Below the pieces are notes generated by a model that saw nothing but the letters and a program-made list of their open reading frames with translations, did not search any database and was not told the DNA's origin. From Octopus bimaculoides (taxonomy: Eukaryota), in NCBI RefSeq assembly GCF_001194135.2, contig NC_068998.1, forward strand, positions 6,619,400-6,683,399: a DNA stretch of 64,000 nucleotides. Direction: 5' to 3'. Shown here one piece after another: positions 56,103 through 64,000 of this stretch; within the stretch, counting starts at the first letter, position 1; each line of letters begins with the position of its first letter. Position numbers and translations under genes: made by a program.

Positions 56103-59100
56103 CACATTAAATTCTAAACCAAATCAACTGGATCTAGCCACCGCCACAGGAGCCAGTCAGGGCAAGGGGGGCTGGCATGAACCATGTTCGGATGGTGCTT
56201 TTTATGTTCCACTGGCACAGGGATCTAATCAGGTGGCATTGGCATCAGCCCAAACTACAATTTCCATTTGATTGTGGTTTGATTTGAGTTTGATATTGTA
56301 TATTTTGGGATTTTGATACTGTAAATCTTTTTTTTTACTGTTTCCATAATTTGCATATATTTATTTTATCATAAACGCAAAACACCACCACGGAGGAATT
56401 GACATAAACCGTTATAGGTGAACCGCGATATGGAAAAGGATCACTGTATGTGCCTACAAATAACTTCACATCCAATAGAGGCACAGAACAAAGAAAAAAA
56501 AAAATCTGTCAGATAAATGATACGATTTATGTAGAATTAAGGAAACGATGTGATGAATGCAGATAAAGGCCATAAAGTGAAGGTAAAATTATTTCCAAAT
56601 ACCAGGCAATATAACTGGTTGGGTTCCTGGAGAAGACACCATAGCTTTTTCTTTCAGACGATCATAGACTAGTTTCCCTAAAGAAAAGATAGAAAATAAA
56701 ACAGAAAATTATTCATACTGATATTGTTAATGTGTATTGCATCATCATTTAACATCCATTGATTATACTGGCATTGGTTGGACGGTTTGACCTGGGCTGA
56801 CAAGCTGAGGGGCCGCACCAGACTCCAGTCTGATTTGGCATGGTTTCTACAGCTGGATGCCCTTCCATTCTGAGAGTAATAATGGGTGCTTTTATGTGCC
56901 AGTTATGTGACACTGGCATTGGTCACATTACCTCCGTGAGGCCCAGCACTCGAATGGTGCTTTTTACATGCCACCAGCACAGGTGCTTGTTACATGACAC
57001 CTGGTATTGGCCACATTGCATTTCTTTATACAGCTGTCTTCGTCCATACACATCACATGACCATACCAGCACAGCTGTCTTTCTTGCACACAATACCCGA
57101 TTCCTCTTATGCCAACTTTTCTCTCAAGATGCTTATACTGTCGTACATGCACACTGACATTGCACGTCCAACAAAGCATACTAGCTTCATTTCTTTCAAG
57201 CCTTCCTATATATTAACATGCATGTGTGAAAGTGTAATTTTATTTTTCTTCACTTACCAAATGTGTCGAGAATATCTGTAACCAAGACAAATTTGCTTGG
57301 GTAGAACTGAATAACCGATGTGTCTGATAACAACTTGGAACACTACAAAATATATGGAAAAGAAATATCAAAGCCATTTAAAGAATGAGAAAAAAGCAAA
57401 CACAAATTCACAAGAGAACAGAGTTATCTTAATTACTGAGGAATTATTAAAATTATAATTTTCCAAACAATTAGAATATTTATTTGCATCTACATTGTGT
57501 TTCAAGCAATTTGATTTGTATGTGTAGCTATAACCTAGGGGATAAAATCGTTATTGCTAAGTAAACACAATTTTACATTATTTACATCTGACGGATATTT
57601 GTCCTCATCTTGTTTGTTAATGCATTTCGGCTGATATACTCTCCAGCCTTCATCAGGTGTCTTGGGGAAATTTAGAATCTGGGTTCTCATTCCTAAGGTA
57701 TTTTTCGATATTATTATTATTATTATTATGTAGGTCACTGCCTGGAATCGAACTCAGAACCTTGGGGTTAGTAGCCCACACTCTTAACCACTATGCCATA
57801 TGCCAGTGGGCATATGGAACTGTAAGTCTATGATCATACAAACAATCATGAATAAAATACCTGAAGAATGATTTGAGATACAAAACTTGTTGAAATGGTG
57901 GAGATGTTAAATATACATTTTAAAGGTGATGTTGATGGTCTAGAAAACTAAAATCGTATTGAAAACAACCGGTCCTTAGTTCAAATCTAGTCTGGGACTG
58001 TGCGTGCATTTATAAATGAGATTTCTTGATGACAATAAGAAATTAAACCAATTGTAACAGTGTAGATGCAAATATGGTAAATATACACTGCATAGATGAG
58101 ATTTATGGCCTGCAGTGTAAACATAAATATACATTCTGAAGATGAAGTTAAGTGTAATATAGAAACATTGTGTGCGTGTATATGTGCAGATGTATATATA
58201 TATATATGGATTATAACCGCTTCTGTATACTACATATATTCAGCGATGTGCTGTGCTTGAGAAGAAGAACCATCAAGCCAAGCAAAATCACAGTTGTGGC
58301 AGATACTGGTGTCACGCAAATTGGCACCCATGCCAGTGGCACATAAAACGCACTTATTACACTCTTGGAGTGGTTGGCATTAGGAAAGACATCCAGCTGT
58401 AGAAAACCTGGAGTCTGGTGCAGCTTTCCAGCCCAACCAATGCCAACATGGAAAATGGACGTTAAATGATGATACACGCACACACACTGTAAAGATAAAG
58501 TTAAACTAAAGTTCTCAAGTGTAGATATAAATATACACTAACCATGAGTGTATATTTCTATCTACACTTAGTAAATCTTAATAATCTTATTAACACCTCG
58601 ATTCAGAAATTTAGATATCAAATAAACTATTGTTTACCTGTATGGCTATTTTGAGGGATTTCACTCGTTGGTCTTGGTCCCAAGCATTAATAAGGGCCAT
58701 ATTGAGTTCATCGATTCTCTTCACATATTCTTGTTGACTCAAATCCAACATTTCTTGCACAGAACCCTGCAATGATGAAATCCAATTTTTCACAGAAATT
58801 TCAATATAAAAAAAAACAAAAAAAAAACTCCTCCTCCCAAAGTAACCTCTACATACACACACCATGTGGGACCTTGCACAGCATATGCTGAACAGTTGAA
58901 TTACAGTCAACAAATTCCTTGTTAACTTTAAACCAGGGACCTCATGTTTCAAGAACTAAAATTTAAAAACACTGTCCCCGTCTATAAAGACCTGCAACTT
59001 TTGGGTCCTGATATTTGCTAGTGTCAATATCACTGAAGTGAAGAGCCCCATCCTACTTCAAGGACCAAGCCTGAAATCTAATTTTGACACATCCTACTAC

Positions 59101-62100
59101 ACCAGAAAGAGGTATAAATAAAAACCTACAAAAGATAAGTGTCAGAATGGAATGCTTTCATTTTGCAAATCAGTGACCCATGGATTCAATGCTTCCCCTA
59201 AATATTCTTTTTTACTTGTTTCAGTCATTTTACTGAGGCCATGCTGGAGCATTGCCTTAAAGGGTTTTAGACAAAGAAATCCATCCCAGGATGGGCTTTT
59301 TTTTTCAGTTTCCATCTACCAAATCCACTGACAAAACTTAGGTCAGCTCTAAGGTTCCATGTCGTGGGACTGAAACCCAAACCATTTGGTTAAAAAGCAA
59401 GCTTCTTACCCATACAGGAATGCCTGCATATATGCCCATTAAAATATACAATTGGGTTACCCAGACAGAATTTATGGCACAATTTGCAAGCTGAGACTAT
59501 CACTTCATTGTAAAGATCGGTAATTCTAGAATTTATTTGGAGATAGAAAAAAAAAAAAAATTTTTATTCTTTAATGTACCTCCTCAAAATCATCCAACTG
59601 TTCCAGTCTGTTCTTTACTTTATCTGTAACAGTGCTTTGAGTTTTAATAATAACTGCAAGATTGGAAAGAAAAGCAGAGAATAAAAATTATTAATAAATT
59701 TAAAAGCAATTTAGAAATAGCTAAAAGAAAGTGAATGCACTATATTTGCCCTACATCATGTGTAGCTGTACTCATCTCTTGGCCTTAACCCTTTAGTGTT
59801 CAGATTACTGTGTTAAATGTAACACTTTTTCACTCAAATTGCTTTGAATTAATCATGCATTATCTTATAGCTTCGAGGTTTCAATGATGTGATTGTTTAT
59901 TTTTAGAATGTCAATGTAGGTTAGGTGTGAGAGGCTAGATATGGACAGTTTGAATATAAAACATGTAGAATATTTGGGCCAGATATGGCCGGTTTAAACA
60001 CTAAAGGGTTAAAGCTAATCGCATGAAACCTCTGCAAAGGAGTCTGTCATTTTGTTTATCACACACACACACACACACAGTGTATATATTTGTAACAGAA
60101 TAGTGTATTGAGTACTTTTACAATGTTCTCAGACAAATATCATCGTCATTTAATGTCCACCTTCCATGCTGGAATTCAAAGTAGCCCCAGAAGAAAACGT
60201 ACACGTAAGATAAATCTGGTGACTGTGGTGCACATTCGATTGACCCGCAACGCCAGAGCCATCTCCCTGGAAAATGCTCATTCAGAAAACCACGAACCTG
60301 TAATGCACAATGGGGTGAAGCCCCATACTTCTGAAACCAGACAGGATTTCCCCTTCCAAATGAGGCCTCTTGTTACCAAGCATGTCCAGATACGAATCAC
60401 CTGCCACAGAGCCCTCAAAAATAAAANNNNNNNNNNGGTAGATTAAAAAAGAGAGAGAATGGTAGCAATTTCACGTATTGCAGGATGGTGCATGACTTTA
60501 TGGCCACCCTGTATTTGAACTGAAATTTGGTAACAAAAGGGGTTCATCTTCCAACAAACAGCTCAATAATCCACAAAGAAAAATTTAGCTTTTTATTAAA
60601 TCCCTCCAAATTCTCATTTATTTTAAAGATTAATTAACCTTAAAACATTGCGTTCTTGTTAAAAATATGGTCACAAAGAAGGTTAATAACTGCCTTTATT
60701 TGAATTCCATGACTTACCTTTTTCTTTGTCAGATGTTGACAGAAAACTGGTGGTGATTGACAGCTTTTCAGATGTCGTGTACTTTGAAAGAATCCCAGCT
60801 TTTTTCAGACACCACGGCTCAAAGTTATCTTCAGTTCCAGAACGAATTGAAATACTTCTTTCCTGAAATAAAGAAGCCCAAAGGAGGTGTCAAACCTTCA
60901 GATGAAGGGTCGTTTTAAATGCAGCACTGACTGCTGCAAAGAATATATCCACTGACAGCTTTATGGTGCATTCAAACATCACACAGCCCCCACTTCCAAT
61001 TAGGTTAGGGCTTAGAATACTCCAAACAGAGGCACAACATTTCGCTTAGTCAAATTAGCTAATCAATCATTTACTCTACATGTTTTGTTGTCAATGCTGC
61101 ACTTTCCGGTATCACCTGTTTCAACATAACTATAATAATATACAAACTAAGCTGTTTTAATCCTGAGCAACGTCAGGTGTCTCTGCTAGTCTATACGTAA
61201 AAAAAAAAATTTTTTAAATAAATATTTGAAAGCAATGTTACCTTCAAACTCGATGGCTTCTGATTCTTATTTTCTGCCTCAGCTTCAGCAGCAAACATTG
61301 ATAAAGGATCACGGCCATCAAACTCAGCATTAAGTGGGTCCAAAATAAGACTAAGGGGTTCAGAAAGGCCCTTCTGACCTGTTGCTATGGAGTTTGATCG
61401 GGAAGGCGTCCCTCTTTTGTCGCTACATTTCATTTCAGTGACCTGCAACAGAGATTAGTGTAAAAATAAATAACCAATAGTAATAGCTTCATATTTTTAG
61501 TTAGTAATTAGTTTAATAAAATAGTTTAATATTTCTGTATCCAACAATAGTATTTTTTAGTGCACTTTAATATTTCAAGACAAAACTACAGCTTAATTCA
61601 ATGGTTTAGTATTTCTAGATTTAATTATAGTTTAACTCTATCAAATAGTTTTTTTGGGTATATTGGAAATAGCCTAAATATAATCTCTACCAATGACCAA
61701 CCCACTTTGCCAATTGGGTGATTTGCTTTCAAAAACGAATTCTAGGGACTGTGCCAAATTCTATGCTCTTTTAGAGGAAATTAAAAAAGTTGACTGACCG
61801 TTATGGCTTTTAATGGGTGGTTACTTGTTGCTTCAAAAGAAAGCTGTCTTTTTTCTTTTTCCTTTGCATAGTTTTTAGGTTGGTGATACCTGGAAGGATA
61901 TCAAACACAAATTGCAATAAATTCTGAACAGAGAATTGACAGATGTATTAGGGTTTAAGACAAAATGGTTTTCAGTGTACATGTACTGGTTCTTTGCTTT
62001 CTGTCTGTAACATTAGCAGCAACATAAGTGTTTAGTTGCATTAGCTTCTAAAAAAAAAAAAAAAATGCTTTTCATTTGGATAGGATTAGTGGCTTCAAGG

Positions 62101-63590
62101 GGGAAGAGTTAGACGCGTGCACACTGGTCAGTCCTGGGTTGTCCAAGGTACCAAGCAATAGGATTGAACCATGAAACCGTGAGGTTACAAAAGAAGCTGC
62201 TTAACCAGGAGTAAGAAAGAAATAAAAAAATAAAAAGGCAGATTTGTTATGACTGCAATGCTTTTGATAATAGATTAGGTCAAATAGGGGCAAGTACCTT
62301 CTACTATAATCCCAGTCTGAGAGAGCACTGGAAAATACGTGTCGTCACGACCGCTGCTAGATAGAGAAGAGATCCAACGCTATTGCTCTCTCTCCACTGG
62401 TTGCCTTGCGCATGCGTGCCAGGGTACTTCCGCTGACGGCAAGTCCCTTGCACATGCCAATGACGGCCACACGCGCCACTACACGGTTGTAAATCAAATT
62501 TCTCAGTAATAAGCATCCGTCTAAACCATGCTAGCATGGAAAAATGGACGTAGAGCGAAGGAAAAAGCGGCAGTCAGTATTTTACGTTTTCACAATTTGT
62601 CTGCATGATGTATTGCATATTCAAATATGAATGTCGTCGCTTTTGACGGGTACTACATTAGCAACAATTATACTTTCTAAATTACGCAGAACCTTACTTG
62701 ACAACCCTTCGGTATTGGTACACAACGTCATTCATCTACATAACATAAAGAAGCTAATGTGAAAAAGAGAGTGAATGACGTCGTCACCTAAGGATCGGTC
62801 CTTATTTGATCTCGGCGAAAATTGAACTCAGAACAAAGAGCTATAAGTAAATACTACGAGACACTAATTAGTTTTTCAAAGGTAAATTGTATTTTAAAAA
62901 AATATGCAAGTAGAGAAAAACAATTCTATAAAAATGATTTATTAGTTACATTATATGTGTGTGTTTGACGGCACTACAAATTTCAGATTCAAGTAAAATG
63001 TTCCGCTGTTTCTTCATTGGGGCGTCGTCAATACATAACGTAATATCATCAATATGTAAGGAAAAGTAATAACTTGGAAAAGGACAAGTAGATTTCAAAA
63101 GTTCTGAAGTAAAATTAACTCCAGGAAACAAAGTAAAATATACATTTTAGGAAACCACAGCAGAGAGAAAGCAAAAAAACAAACAAAAAAGTTATCAGGA
63201 GTAAACGCCCACAAAATCACTGGTTAGCAAATATACATTCGATATAAAACTACATAAACAATTTATCCAATGAACTTTTTGAAATATCAATTAATATATT
63301 AATGCAAATTAGATATTCCTAAAGAGACAAAAATATTAAAATAGCTTTAATTAAATAAACAAATATATTGTTTATATTACGAAAGAAAATTTTTGTTATG
63401 AAAATGCACCTAAATGCTTTAAATATGTCATGGACTTTACTATCAATATTTCTTAGAAGTACAGGTATGATATGCCTGGATTTAATTCTAGTTCCACGCA
63501 CCAATGTTTTCATAAGTAAACATTGTTATTATTGAAACTAAGGTTTAACATAAAAAAAGCAGACAACACTTACCACCTGTGAGTTGCCAT
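40903..63590 (-). CDS. VPS35L: VPS35 endosomal protein-sorting factor-like (C16orf62; Retriever complex subunit), complete, 26 coding exons, 975 aa
   Basis: Exons (minus, 5'->3'): 63590-63574, 61889-61799, 61442-61242, 60862-60718, 59653-59580, 58766-58638, 57342-57258, 56677-56603, 55631-55487, 54797-54704, 54236-54159, 53857-53688, 53395-53284, 52644-52528, 51497-51444, 50533-50390, 49521-49436, 48077-47997, 47318-47156, 46301-46224, 45363-45249, 44734-44595, 44283-44118, 42781-42663, 41694-41548, 41004-40903 (TGA). All GT-AG, 2928 nt. Motifs: [101 protein letters not shown]. Confidence 0.96.
47764..47953. repeat. Degenerate ~29-bp minisatellite x~6.5 (CAAACCCAGTTATGTTAATGAAAGGCAAT)
   Basis: Repeated aaacccagtt..ttaatgaaaggcaat units. 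Confidence 0.75.
48790..49260 (-). mobile_element. Probable Penelope-like terminal-repeat fragment with hammerhead-like relic
   Basis: Minus strand CTTT-CTGTGGA-AGAGC-GTAG-GCTC-GAAAC-ATT-AAAG at 48917-48884; sits beside a gap and (TA)n. Confidence 0.4.
49724..49830 (-). mobile_element. LINE C-terminal zinc-knuckle-like remnant (RTE-like)
   Basis: [21 protein letters not shown] resembles the C..C...C.SRIGL.SH motif of RTE-group ORF2 ends. Confidence 0.5.
55085..55358. repeat. GA-rich polypurine tract with gggagggacggagagaga units
   Basis: Direct reading. Confidence 0.85.
57010..57175 (-). mobile_element. RTE-clade LINE ORF2 remnant, adjacent to family C tail
   Basis: Translates [32 protein letters not shown], homologous to 16625-16785. 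Confidence 0.7.
57573..57800 (-). mobile_element. Composite element copy 2: tRNA-like head + (AAT)n + Penelope-like end with hammerhead relic
   Basis: Minus strand GTGGTTAAGAG...GAGTTCGATTCC A/B boxes, (AAT)n, same body and tail as 433-690; CTGATGA core and GGCTG/CAGCC stem at 57661-57625. Confidence 0.7.
58240..58475 (+). mobile_element. RTE-type LINE 3' end / RTE-tail SINE (family C)
   Basis: RCAVLEK-like ORF end followed by gtggcacataaaa..cagctgtagaaa..gcatggaaa.ggacgttaaa(tga)n tail. Copies at ~95-412 +, ~1225-1350 -, ~9075-9170 +, ~12540-12720 +, ~46745-46860 -, ~56745-56990 -, 63820-64000 -. Confidence 0.65.
59789..60008. mobile_element. piggyBac-like MITE, second family (TTAA target)
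   Basis: TTAA|CCCTTTAGTGTT ... AACACTAAAGGG|TTAA, perfect 12-bp TIR; homologues at 11714-11931, ~1957-2172, ~8353-8560, ~11950-12155, ~42132-42345. Confidence 0.8.
62330..62490. promoter_or_regulatory. CpG-rich island with NRF1-like and ETS motifs inside VPS35L intron 1
   Basis: TGCGCATGCGTG 62407-62418, ACTTCCG 62426-62432, many CpGs in an otherwise AT-rich context. Confidence 0.4.
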
Positions 63591-63819
63591 TTTGCAATCA
63601 TGCGGTCGGGAATATGGAGGAACATTCAAAGCCGTTGTTTCGCATTTTAATAGTCTTCAACTAATCCGTTGTTTCGTAGTTAAGAACAAATGACACGCTA
63701 TCGGTGTTTTTGCATATGTAGATAACATACACATACGCTCGCCTATATATATATATATATATATATACATATATACATATATAGATATACATATACATAT
63801 ATATATATATATCATCATC

Positions 63820-64000
63820 ATCATCATCATCATCATCATCGTTTAACGTCCGCTTTCCATGCTAGCATGGGTTGGACGATTTGACTGAGGACTGGTGAAA
63901 CCGGATGGCAACACCAGGCTCCAGTCTGATTTGGCAGAGTTTCTACAGCTGGATGCCCTTCCTAACGCCAACCACTCAGAGAGTGTAGTGGGTGCTTTTA
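63820..64000 (-). mobile_element. Family C (RTE-tail) repeat, high-identity copy, cut by window edge
   Basis: (cat)n cgtttaacgtccgctttccatgctagcatgggttggacg...; reverse complement of 95-412 and 9075-9170. Confidence 0.7.

Noticed and set aside
54947-56271. Cluster of 60-195-aa ORFs
   Set aside because: Arise from GA, TA and CA repeats and an N gap; only 55631-55487 is a real exon.
40903-63590. U12-type or non-canonical introns in VPS35L or ACO2
   Set aside because: All inferred junctions are GT-AG and none has the RTATCCTT donor; some donors are only weak (gtttgt, gtagtg).

Overview
AT-rich, microsatellite- and SINE/MITE-dense eukaryotic genomic DNA with 8 assembly gaps. The repeat landscape resembles a coleoid cephalopod (Octopus-like); this is an inference, not a database result. 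Three protein-coding genes were reconstructed by hand from splice sites and reading-frame phases: (1) mitochondrial aconitase ACO2 on the minus strand, 20 coding exons from 29749 to 861, with the last ~45 aa running off the left edge; (2) a single-exon mitochondrial ribosomal protein MRPS5 (34741-36009, +), head-to-head with ACO2; (3) a complete 26-exon VPS35L/C16orf62 (Retriever subunit) on the minus strand, 63590-40903, 975 aa. An intact tRNA-Ala(CGC) lies between ACO2 and MRPS5. Nearly all other track ORFs are microsatellite, repeat or N-gap artefacts. The most interesting unexplained structure is a two-copy composite element (433-690 +, 57573-57800 -): tRNA-like Pol III head + (AAT)n + a body carrying a minimal type-I hammerhead ribozyme of the Penelope-like-element kind. 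Other leads are a ~400-nt foldback just after the MRPS5 stop, an IRE-like hairpin upstream of the ACO2 start, further hammerhead-like relics, a hAT MITE with a perfect 8-bp TSD, nested TTAA MITEs and a promoter-like island in VPS35L intron 1.
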